Below are positions 15,251 through 27,818 of a DNA stretch of 64,000 bases, in pieces. Within the stretch, counting starts at the first letter, position 1, and the number at the start of each line of letters is the position of its first letter. The stretch lies in assembly GCF_009914755.1 (NCBI RefSeq), contig NC_060932.1; one strand, written 5' to 3'. The notes under the pieces were generated by a model. That model was not told the DNA's origin and searched no databases. It worked only from the letters and a program-made list of their open reading frames with translations. The position numbers and the translations under genes were made by a program. The DNA is from the human T2T-CHM13v2.0 reference genome, Homo sapiens.

Positions 15251-16173
15251 GATAAACCATCTAAAGATATTTTTTGAGAAAAGATTTTTGGGAAGCAAAG
15301 ATAACAATTCCAAGTGTTAACCAAATGATATTGAAACGAAAAACAATGAGTATGTTATGAAAACAGCAACTTAAGCCACATGAGACACTGGGATTACATG
15401 TCCCGGGATACAACTGCATGGCCCATTAACTACAGCAACATCACCTTCACTTTACAAAAGCAATTAGTACATACTTCAGTCTTCAAAGTGAACAGAGATT
15501 ACCTACTCTTCAAAAGTTATTAAAAGCACTTGGCTTCTGACCTTCAGAGCTCAATTTGTACAAGGGTATGGGTCAGCTTTTTCCTATAGTAATAAAAGTT
15601 GTCAAATGCTATTTTCCTAAGCTCCATTTAAACACAGAGACATTACTTAATGTGGTTTAAAAACATAGACTTTATTTTGAGACAAGGGGATAGCTTAAAT
15701 TATGGTCTTTTATTAATTCACTGAAATATTTTTAAGTTTGAATAGGGAGAGAAATATGGAACAGGGCGAAGAAAGCATTTACACACAAGGACAAATTATA
15801 CATTATGAGCTGACTACACTCAATATCTTACTTTAAATAAAAAATGGTAAAGAAAAATAGTAGGCAATCACAAAAGAAGTTTGAGAGTGGGAGTATGTGT
15901 GGGTAGGTGGTAGAGATTAATGAGCATGGAAGGCCGCGAAGGTTCACTCAGAAAATACTTTATGCAGCAAAGTGGGAGTCATGCTCAGGGTCACAGAAAT
16001 AAAAACATTTTCTGTGAACTGGCCTCACAAGAATGAGAGCTCGGAATGTGTGTGGTAGTGGCTGAGAAAGTGGGTGTCCAGTTTTGATCCATTTGTCATA
16101 GTCTCCAAGACAGCATGAGGCCGTTTACCATCATCTTCCTGCAAATGTCCTTCATAGGCTGTGGGTTTTTTTT

Positions 16174-16285
16174 CCTTCCCTTCTTCCTTCTCTTCTTCCT
16201 TCCTTCCTCTCCTCTCCTCTTCTCTCCCCTCTCCTCCCCTCCCCTTCCCTCCTTTCCTTTCCTCCCTCCCTCATTCCTTCCTTCC
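16174..16285. repeat. Pure polypyrimidine (CCTT/CCTCT) low-complexity tract
   Basis: ~110 bp almost entirely C/T. Confidence 0.9.
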
Positions 16286-16958
16286 TTGTTAAATGTTTTA
16301 ATTTAAATTAATTTTTCCATCTTCCAGTTTATTAACACTTGGCTATGATATGCTAATCCTTCGGGTATGCACAGGGTGGTTGGTCACAGAATGTTGTTAT
16401 TGTCTAAAATAGTGCAAAGGGCATTTACAATGGATTTTCAGGCACTGCTTTGACATAATTATTCTGCTGTTTACCCTCTATGTTTATCTTCAGTTGTGCA
16501 ATGATTATGCGGAGCCAAAGAGCTTTGCTGGAAACATAGTCTTAAGTTCTAAGTCATCAATTTATACACATAATCACTGAAGGACTAAAGGAAACTTTTC
16601 TCTGTCTTCCTTTCTTTCTTTAGCAAACAAAAAAAGGAAGAAAAAAAATACTAAGCAGTAACTCTTGTACATAAATTGGAATTAATTGCTGAATGCATAT
16701 TTTATAAACTTATGATATTCTAATTATAAAATTTCCAGTGTTAGTGCCATGACATAGATGTGTGTTCCATCTACAAGGGAAGCATTCTGGGTTGTGATGT
16801 TATCATCCACATTCTCTTACCTGGTACTCATGGCTCTGGGCATGTTTTGTATGTTGTTTGGTTGGAGGGGCTTGGTAGCCCCAACATAAAGAAAAAGGCC
16901 TAGTTTCTCCCTTTGTCTCAGGAGCACATTACTCTATCCTGGGAAGTTCTGGCTGTTA

Positions 16959-17342
<384 letters not shown>

Positions 17343-17416
17343 TTAGAAGGCCTGATAATAACATTAGAAGGCCTGATAACTAATGCCCGTGTGCTTTGGG
17401 TTTGGCTTCATCGCCA

Positions 17417-17540
17417 GTCTTCCTCATCTTCATTGGTTTACCAACCCATTTGTCCAGCCATGAGCTGCACATGAGTTGGTCTTCCTCATCTTCATTGGTT
17501 TACCAACTCATTTGTCCAGCCACGAGCTACACATGAGTTG
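17417..17540. repeat. 62-bp tandem duplication (2 copies, 3 mismatches)
   Basis: gtcttcctcatcttcattggtttaccaac...catgagttg starts at 17417 and again at 17479. Confidence 0.95.
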
Positions 17541-18015
17541 ACATGCACGTGCTAATTTCATTTGGCTGGAATTCACTAAATGAAATTCTAGCTTCTTGTA
17601 ACAGCACAAAAGAAAGATGTTTCCAGTGCAGCCTGAAATTACATGTTCAAACTTGTTTTCGTCAGTGAAACATTAGTGTCCAAAGACGGTCTTATCAGAG
17701 CTGAAAAACAATATGCTTGATGGCATACTTTTAGACCTGAAATGGGCTTCATTTTGCAAAAAAGTTATATTTTAAATATAGCATATTCTAAAGGTAGATT
17801 AGGAATGTTCTTACTCATCTAGTTTAGCTTTTTTTTTTTTCTGCCAGATGTTTATGTTGGTGAGAAACCAATAACACTGTCTAGACCTCTAGGATATAGT
17901 AATCAACCATGAATGAAAAACATTCAGAGGTCACACTTCAATCTGGACCTACAACATCCTGCTATTCAAAACTAGATTAGAGATGATGGATCATGATAAA
18001 CTGAACCACACTGAA

Positions 18016-18028
18016 TGCTGAGTCAGTA
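18016..18028. promoter_or_regulatory. MARE/ARE-like motif TGCTGAGTCAGTA
   Basis: Contains TGCTGAGTCA (NRF2/MAF/AP-1 composite); motif only. Confidence 0.3.
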
Positions 18029-18236
18029 ATTTGAGAATTGTCTACAAAAAGCTAAATATGTCACCAAAAATCAACCAGATAAAACAAAGTCTAGACACCA
18101 TAAAATGTACTGTTCCCCCCACTGCATAGTGTCAACAATCAGATGTTATATTATGACTTTTACACCAGCAACCTATAACTCAGGAATCTTCAATCTTTTA
18201 TAAAGAAAAGTTCTTTGAAGTCATGTGATTCCTGAG

Positions 18237-18238
<2 letters not shown>

Positions 18239-18277
<39 letters not shown>
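18239..18277. repeat. (GT)19 microsatellite
   Basis: Direct read. Confidence 0.95.
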
Positions 18278-18278
<1 letters not shown>

Positions 18279-18808
18279 AATTGCCTAGATGTGCTCATTA
18301 CCTGAGCACATAAAGAAAGAAAGAACCAAGAGAGAAGGGTTACATTATGGTATCAGGGCTTTCAAAAATCACCAACCAGGATTTCACCAAGCAATAATAT
18401 GCCATGTCTTTTCACTATGTCTTGGTGATTTTGATTGTCTAGAAGTTGATAATTTGTTTTTATTAAGAGTGTTTCTGTTGTTGGCTGAAATTCTGTGGAA
18501 TCAACAATGACTTAGGACAATGTGTTTCAGTTCTACAGCCCATATGTGCTAAACTCTGAGGGTAATCTATGTGTAAATTGAAATATTTAAAGTATAACTT
18601 CCAATTTTAGTTCATTCTGATTTCTAAATCAGTTGAGATCACTCTATCTTAAATAGTGGCATATTTTAGGCTTTAGTACTTTTAAACTTTGAAAACAAGT
18701 CAGTATGTCATTTTAAAAAATATGATTAAAAATACAACCTTATAGCACTTTGGAATGACAAGTCTTTTTGTCTTATAAAGAGGAGAATGGCCAGTTCATT
18801 AAGGATGA

Positions 18809-19187
<379 letters not shown>

Positions 19188-19299
19188 TTGTTTGCAGAGA
19201 GAATTTCCCTTGGCTCTATGGGGGCATCCAGAAATTCTGACTTCTTTTTGTGTGTTTATAGGATACTCTTGGCTCCATGAGGGGAAGTGGGGCCTATAA

Positions 19300-19677
<378 letters not shown>

Positions 19678-19955
19678 TCATTCATATTCTAAGAAAGCAC
19701 ATGCCTTGTCTTTGGCTGTGCCTAAGAAGAGTAAAAGCAGTACTATAGTCGTGAGTTTGACAATTATGGGGCTGAATAACTGTTGTTTTCCATGGCTAGG
19801 TCTTCATCAATAACTACAGCTTCAGAAATGTTAGTGGTTGGCCTTGAGCTACAGGGAAGAGCACAGAGGGATCAATGGAAATCCATCATCATCACACACA
19901 AACAACTCCAGCACATGCCAACTGAATGGCATTTCCTCTTTCTTCAAGAGTGACA

Positions 19956-20221
19956 AGCTGGGCACAGTGGCTTGTGCCTGTAGTCCCAGCTGGGAGGATC
20001 ACTTGAGGACAGCAGTTTGAGACCACCCTGGGTGACAGAGCAAGACCCTACCTCTACAAAAATCAAAAAATTAGCCACAACCCTATAGTCCTGGCTGCTG
20101 AGGGGAGGCTGAGGCAGGAAGATTGCTGAGTTCAGGAGTTCAAGGCTGCATTGAGCTATGATGATACTACTGCACTCCAACCTGGGAAACAAAGCAAAAC
20201 TCTGTCAAAAAAAAAAAAAAA
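19956..20221 (+). mobile_element. AluJ with internal deletions
   Basis: Diverged dimeric Alu with A tail. Confidence 0.88.
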
Positions 20222-20271
20222 GACACATTATAATTAAAACTAAGTAATTAGAATAAGAAATTTAAAAACAT

Positions 20272-20567
20272 GGCCAGGCGCAGTGGCCCGTGCCTGTAAT
20301 CCCAGCATTTTGGGAGGCTGAAGCAGGCGGATCACGAGGTCGGGAGATCAAGACCATCCTGGCTAACACGGTGAAACCCCGTCTCTACTAAAAATACAAA
20401 AAAAAAAAAAAATTAGGTGGGCATGGTGGCGGGCGCCTGTAGTCCCAGCTACTCAGGAGGAGAATGGTGTGAACCCGGGAGGTGGAGCTTGCAGTGAGCT
20501 AAGATCGTGCCACTGCACTCCAGCCTGGGCGACAGAGAGAGACTCCGTCTCAAAAAAAAAAAAAAAA
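20272..20567 (+). mobile_element. AluY-like
   Basis: Dimeric Alu, 10-bp deletion in right arm; TSD-like aagaaatttaaaaac/aagaaattaaaaaac. Confidence 0.93.
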
Positions 20568-22167
20568 GAAATTAAAAAACTTTCAAGTTTAACTGCCAAC
20601 TATACCTAAATAATTCATTTGAAATAGAGAACTTCCAGAGGAATGTTCTTTTAAATCCAGTCTTTGCTTTATGAGATAGCCTCAGATCCTTAAGTAGATG
20701 TGTGACAAATTAATATGACCCTCCTACCAGGCCTTCGATTTTGGACATATCTAGGTATTGTAATTACAGTGGCCTTTGGTAAAATGTGCAGACTGTGCAT
20801 GCACACTACTTTAAATAAAGAAAGTCACAGAAGTCTTGTTGCAGAAAGGGAGGTGTGCGAAACATCCCTTTCAAGTGGCAGCCTTGACATTTAGCATATT
20901 TTTTCCCATACCACAGCTGAGCCACGTGCTTGAAAGCCCAGGCCTGCTGGTGCTGCTGCTCTTTTCCATGTTTGGCTCCATCTATACAGCAATTTTCAAA
21001 GCAGGTCCCAACGTGCTTAGGAAAACTTTCAGATATCGTATATCTAGCTTGACAAGCTCATATGCAAGAACCGATTCCCTCATCAGTGTGTGGAATCAGT
21101 TATTCTCCAGTCATTTCCTTTTGGAGTTCACAAAGATCAGCACAAAAGTCACCTCCAGTAGATCCTTCTTTGTTTCTCTCCAGAGATACAGAAATCTATT
21201 CCATTTGCCGTTGACATTTTACCTTTTCTTTTCTTTTTTTTTGGACTGGTTGAACCACTTTTGCCCAAAAGCCCAAAGCCAATTATAGAGGTGTCATGCT
21301 AACAAGGTGAAGGCCCTCAGGAAGTAGGGTATCAAGAACTGAAACTGATGGAATGCTTAGTATATGTCAATGACTCTCTAAGCACTTTGCAGAGTAGCTC
21401 ATTTAATCCTTAAAACCATTTCATGACGTAGGTGCTGTTATCCTCTTTGTATTGGCAAGGAATGCTGACTTGCCTAATATTACCCAGTGCAAGAACCAGG
21501 ACTCAGCCACAGGCAGCCTGAGGTTGCAGGTCAACTCTCTAAGCCACTATATAATATATTCTCTCATCAAAGCCACCCTTGACATCAACATGTTCCTCTT
21601 TTTATCAAAACAGTATCATTTAACTTAATCTAGATACATGTTCACATTGCAATATCTCATGAAGCTTCCCTAACGGTTGTCTGTCTTTAAAAATCTCCTC
21701 TGGTGTTGCCTATGATTGGAAAAGTGTTTGTTTACTAGAGGAGGCTGCATATTTTGAGGCCTACATCACTCATGGTTAAAAGGCATTACATATGCCCTTA
21801 CTTGCTTTTCACTGTGAACCAAAGGAGCAGAGAACAGTTCACAGGAGTCAATGTTTTTGGTTGCCCTTCCTTGGAAGTGGGCCAGAATTCCCAATGCCCC
21901 ACTGAAGTGAGAGCCAATGTACCACAGAGTGTGTCCAGCACTCATTTTGCTAGTGAATTGGAGGACTCATCAGCTGCAATGTAAAAATCTATTTTGCAAA
22001 AGACATATGATCCTGAACACTCCGCAAAATACCTCAGGGGATTTCAACTTAATGTAGTTACTTGAAGAATTTATTTTATGTCTGTTGACTCTCACTTGCA
22101 TAGAGGTTTGCCTAAATTTTCTTGCCCTCTTCATAGGCAATTCAGTTTTTTCTTCTTTCTCTTAAAT

Positions 22168-22469
22168 ATTTTTGTTTGTTTTTACTTTCCTTTTTAGAAG
22201 ATGAGGTCTTGCTATGTCATTCAAGCTGGAGTGCAGTGGCATGATCATAGCTCACTGTAACTTTGAACTCCTGGGCTCAAGTGATTCTCCTGACTCAGCT
22301 CCTGGGACTACAGATGGTCACCACCACGCCTGGCTAAATTTTTAAATTTTTTGGAGAGACAAGGTCTTGCTCTGTTACCCAGGCTGGTCTTGGGTTCCAG
22401 GCCTCAAGCAGTCCTCCTGCTGGGCTTCCAAATTGTTGGGATTACAGGCGTGAGCCACTGTACCCAGGC
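22168..22469 (-). mobile_element. AluJ
   Basis: gatcatagctcactg J-type right arm; TSD-like ctcttaaat. Confidence 0.9.
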
Positions 22470-22494
22470 TCTTAAATGTTTAGCTATGGGAATA

Positions 22495-22508
22495 ATGTGA
22501 CGTCACAT
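22495..22508. promoter_or_regulatory. Full CRE in a 14-bp perfect palindrome ATGTGACGTCACAT
   Basis: Direct read; motif only. Confidence 0.35.
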
Positions 22509-22644
22509 ATCTCAATCAGGTGGAGGCATTTAGACTTTTTCCCTTATATGTCATGTTCTCCAAATTGAGAGAAGAAATCCCTTCTTTTAAAAAGTCAATG
22601 TCATTGATACTATTTAGTAGGTCTTACTTTATAAGATGTTGTTA

Positions 22645-22983
<339 letters not shown>

Positions 22984-23074
22984 TCAGCTTATTTCTTTCA
23001 GCACAACTTAACGTTTTTAGTTGAGTTAAATTACAACAGTGTGCACACAATACCTTTAAAAATAGCTTTTAACT

Positions 23075-23398
23075 GGCTGGGTGCGGTGGCTCATGCCTGT
23101 AATCCCAGCACTTTGGGAGGCCGAGGCAGTCGGATCACGAGGTCAAGAGATCGAGACCATCCTGGCTAACACGGTGAAACCCCGTCTCTACTAAAAATAC
23201 AAAAAATAGAAAAAAAAAATTAGCTGGGCGTGGTGGTGGGCGCCTGTAGTCCCAGCTGCTCGGGAGGCTGAGGCAAGAGAATGGCGTCAACCCAGGAGGC
23301 AGAGCTTAAAGTGAGCCGAGATCGCGCCACTGCATTCCAACCTGGGTGACAGAGCGAGACTCCGTCTCAAAACAAAAAACAAAACAAACAAACAAAAA
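23075..23398 (+). mobile_element. AluSc/Y-like
   Basis: Dimeric Alu; TSD aaaatagcttttaact. Confidence 0.95.
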
Positions 23399-24179
23399 TA
23401 GCTTTTAACTTATACTCACTTCTCCATATTTTAAAGGCATTATCCTTTTATGTAATTCATTCATGGTATACTAGTACATCATAATTTTATGTTTTGAATA
23501 CTTTGATAACTGTATTTCACTATCATTGGTTTCCTCTATAATTCTATATATTTTATTTATGCATTTAAAAAGATTATTCTGAGAAGTGATCCATAGGTTT
23601 CACAGGAATGATAAAGAGATCCGTGGGCACAAAAGCAGGCTACAAGGCCCTCTATGGAAGGATTAAGAGGCAACTGCCCTTCAGGAATGTGATGTGCTCT
23701 GCTGACCAGATGTCCATGAATCAAAGGGGAGGGGGTGAGAGCACAGAGGAGCTTTAAGAAGGAAGCACACTTCATCCAGCACAAAGCTGTCCCCTGCATC
23801 ACTCAACCACTGTCATCCTCAAAGTTCTAGTTCACTGAAAACTCAATACCATCCTCTGCTTTTAGCAAAGAAGACAGAGTACCTTGGGGTTGGGAATAAT
23901 GGTTGTAGAAGATAGGATTAACAGAAACTCCTGTGGGATGTAACTGGGCAGAAAAAGGGGATCATATATAAAGGGGAATGCAAGTAAGACAATCTGATCT
24001 GTCCTTCCTCACAAACTGAAGGCCTTTTCCTGGCAACAATTCTGTATATTGTTTATAAAAGGCTGCAGATGCTTAAAAATAACAGACAGGCTCCCTGTTT
24101 CGTGTAGAAGGGAGTTTAAGACAAGGAGATGTAAATGATGCTTTTTGTACATGATATCATTTGGGATAGCAGAACTGTG

Positions 24180-24181
<2 letters not shown>

Positions 24182-24222
<41 letters not shown>

Positions 24223-24278
24223 GGGGGAAGGGGGGAGGGAGGGAGACAGGGAGGGAGGGAGCAAGAGAGAGAGAGAGA
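24182..24278. repeat. (TG)19 followed by a G-run/(GGGA)n and (GA)n tract
   Basis: Direct read. Confidence 0.92.
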
Positions 24279-26809
24279 ATGAATAAGAATATACCTAACA
24301 AGGAAACTTAAAATGTTATCCCACGACCAAACCCTTTGATTAGGTGAAAGAAACTAAAATCTCAGATTAGTTTTTGAGAAACCTGATGAAAGTCAGGAAG
24401 GCAATAATCATCACCGAAATAACATTCTAGCTACTATTAACAGAAGTATTCTCTTCCAGAGACTTAAAAAACACTTTTTACCTGTTACCTCATTAATTTC
24501 ACAACATAAAGAAAAGGGTTTGGACTTTCTACTGCCCTCCATTCTGCACACGAAGGCAAGGTGGTAGGACATATAACAAAGATTTTCTCTGGTGTTCAGA
24601 GAAGTGACTTTTTGTGGATCATTAGCAGCCATTAGTTAATGTTTGGTGAGTGGAAGGGTTGAGTGCAGAGGAGAAGCTTGAGGGAAAGGGATGGAAGCAA
24701 GTGCTCTTGAGGTTTGGCTGTGCACCAAGTCAATCTTCATTTGACTAACTGAGCTTCCAGCCATGAGCCAAGAGTGAGGAGGACACCAAAAGTGTCCAGG
24801 TCCCCCAAAATCAAAGTCAGTTGTCATAGCCAAAGTCTTTTCCTTTCAAGCATGGTATCTGGATTCTCTACTGTGTGAGTTACTTCAGAGGTCCATACTG
24901 CTCTTAGAAACCCTGGGCAACATAAAGAATTATTTCCCGCAATGGACCTAGAGCAGTAAAAATCCTATTTGCTGCTAGAGTTGTGAAAACATTTGATTTT
25001 TCATCACACATAAAAATTAACTGTTTTTCTCTAAGTGTTTTCATTAATTTACACTTGCTGTTATGTTTTGACTCCAAACATAGTATTAATATATAACAGA
25101 CAAATAAGAAGAAAGAGAGCAACTTTCCAGGGATAACATTCTTATTCTTAGAGGATATTATTATTCTCATCAGCTGTCAAAGGCTATGTATGAAAATGTA
25201 AGAGGAAATCTCAGAAGCATAAATGTTTGAATTAGTCTTACTTTCAAATTAAAACATTAAACCACAACAAGATATTTTTGCATTATCTTTAGTAAGATAT
25301 TATTTAGAATCTTTTCATTTGCGGCATTGTTTATTAAACAAGACAAATATGAAGAAAGTACCTTTTCTTTTAAATTGTCAACCAATTATAGTTTTGAATT
25401 TTTTACTCCCAAATCTTACATCTTAAACTTCTTCTGGTTAATTGCAAATGAGATCATACACCTTAAAGAGTTAAATAAAAAATCATATTGGAAAGTCGTA
25501 TTTCTTTAGGGTGGCACATTTTCCTCTAAACAATAATAAAATGGTTAAATTTAAAATATTTTGCTCCCTTCCCTACCTAATGGTTCGACTTGACATTGTT
25601 TACTTTCTCCGTCAGTCCTGGGGAATATTGTTTAGTGTAACAGACAGAAAGATTTTCATGTGCATTCAGAACAAATTAGAGTTTATGAGGGCATGAAACT
25701 ACCATGTTATCTTCACAATCTGCTTTATCACAATCGCACACTTTAAATTTCCCCTCTTCAAGTCATATCAGGACAATTATGTGAAAATCAAAAGACCTTT
25801 TATTAAGAACACAGCACAGAACTCTGTATTGACTCTTAGAGGCCACCTCTAATATTTGTAAATTCAGACCTTCCTTCAGTATACGGAAAACAACTGGATT
25901 GACCAAAGAGGTTAAGAAAACATAGTCTTTGACCCATCCATGTAGACGGCATAGGAACACAGACTTAGAGAGCAAACAAGAAGGCACCATAAACGCTATT
26001 GGGAAACCCTACCCTAATTCGGAGAGTTTTTTCATATCGTAGTGAGATGCTATTTTATCCCAACGCAAAAATCGGACAGAAGTCCCTATCTCCTCACTGG
26101 ACCCCTGCAAACACAGTCTACCATTTGGTGGCTGTCACATGAGCCCTAGAGCACTTGAATTGCACCACTGTATTTGCTTTATTATATTTCAAACGCCTGC
26201 CTCTGGCATACATGACACCGTCTTGGAACCGAGAGTAGCTCCAGGCTGCCAGAGGAAATACCAGCAGGCTTTCACTGGGCAGCGCCCATCACTCCACTGA
26301 CACACAGACCTGCCAGGCCCCTCTCCTGCACACACGCCAGGGCACCTCACACCTGATCAGCTTCAGCTCCAAAGCTGACCCGAGACAGCCCCGAGGATCT
26401 CAGGGCTTTTGCAGCAGTTGTTCATCACTACCGATTTCCTGACAGTCACAAGGACCTTGCTTCTCTTTTGAAGGTTAAAAAACCCCACAACTCTCATAAT
26501 TCCTTATCTAGAAATAATCAGACCAGTAACCAGAGCGGCGTTACACAAAACAAACACACAAAAATCTCAACACTCCATCAAGGTTAAATACTAGAGAAAG
26601 GGAGACCGAACACACTGCCATGACAAGAATGAAACTTCAACCAGCTGATGAGATCATTCATGAACCAAGCTTATCACTGCGTCTTCGCAGTAAATTGTTT
26701 TCTTTTTAATACCCCTCACCCCCGGTCTCCAATCCCCCTCTGCCTCTCACCTGCCAGCCGTCTGTCTCTAGTGTTTTTCCAAATGACATCCAGGGCTCTG
26801 GCCGTGGAG

Positions 26810-27295
26810 TCCCTGATGTGATCGCTAAAGGACCTCCGGAGAGGGGCTCGCAGGGGGCGCGCCATCACGTGGGCCTTGGGGTCCCCCATCCGCTCGCAGA
26901 CGCCTTCAGCGCAGCCCGGGCGCCGCGACCATGCCTCGGTACTCCGCCCCGCGCTGTGCTCCCGGCCGCAGGCTGTCGCCTGCCTTCAGGAGGCCGGCAT
27001 TGCGGCTGGCACTGCGGCCCCGGGAAGCGCCAACTGCAGGCGGCCTCCTGGCCCGCGGCCAAGCGCGCGCGGCGGCCACATCTGGAAAGACTTACCCTGC
27101 GCCGGCGACACCCTCGCGGGGCGCGCGAGCTGCAGCACAGCTATCCGGAGGCGTCTCGCTTCCTGTGCAACCCAATGACTCACCTGGGTCCGCGCCGGGC
27201 TGCTCCTGGGTCACATAGCAGGTCTTCCCTTCAGGGGCAGTCCAGGTGACCTCGCGTTTTCAAAGGGAAACGCAGCGCCGCAGGCAAGCACGCAG
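26810..27295. promoter_or_regulatory. CpG island / probable promoter of a minus-strand transcript
   Basis: The only non-Alu GC- and CpG-rich block in the window; ETS-like CTTCCTG, AP-1 TGACTCA at 27176 and 27376, GGGTGGGG (KLF/SP) just upstream on the minus-strand reading. Confidence 0.85.
27096..27250 (-). other. Probable non-coding first exon(s) with alternative donors; 5' end approximate
   Basis: Consensus donors AGG|GTAAGT (27096/27095) and CAG|GTGAGT (27184/27183); a third, CAG|GTGAGA, at 26751/26750. Confidence 0.62.
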
Positions 27296-27530
27296 GGGAG
27301 GTGGGAGGGTGGGGCTGGCAGGTGGCCTTGTCTTTAACTTTCAAGGTTGATTCTCAAGAACGTTTGCATTTTAGTGACTCATTTTTATCTCATTAACTCA
27401 TGGTTTTAGATTAGGCGGTTGATGAGATAGGAAGTTCAACCTTTAGTTGTGGTTGTGGGAAGGAAGATATGGCTGGAAGGAGCACTTTACAGATCAATCT
27501 GGATTCCCTCTAAGAAATGGAGACCTGAGA

Positions 27531-27818
<288 letters not shown>

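Noticed and set aside
16821-16952. Possible minus-strand cassette exon (donor CAG|GTAAGA at 16821/16820, acceptor ctttcttaacag)
   Set aside because: The acceptor is weak and abuts an Alu; pseudo-exons of this quality are common in long introns.
17417-17540. CRISPR-like or functional repeat array
   Set aside because: Only two adjacent copies with no spacers, in eukaryotic DNA; it is a simple tandem duplication.
20836-21288. 150-aa non-repeat ORF, the longest in the window
   Set aside because: Starts at TTG, has no recognisable domain, exon boundaries or processed-pseudogene hallmarks, and is a length expected by chance.
26818-27249. Several overlapping 65-143 aa ORFs in the CpG island
   Set aside because: GC-rich sequence lacks stop codons in many frames; the Arg/Ala/Pro/Gly-rich products resemble no protein I recognise.
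26810-27295. Assigning a gene symbol to the promoter
   Set aside because: No recognisable coding exon lies in the window. Several multi-promoter genes fit the layout loosely and none can be confirmed without an alignment.
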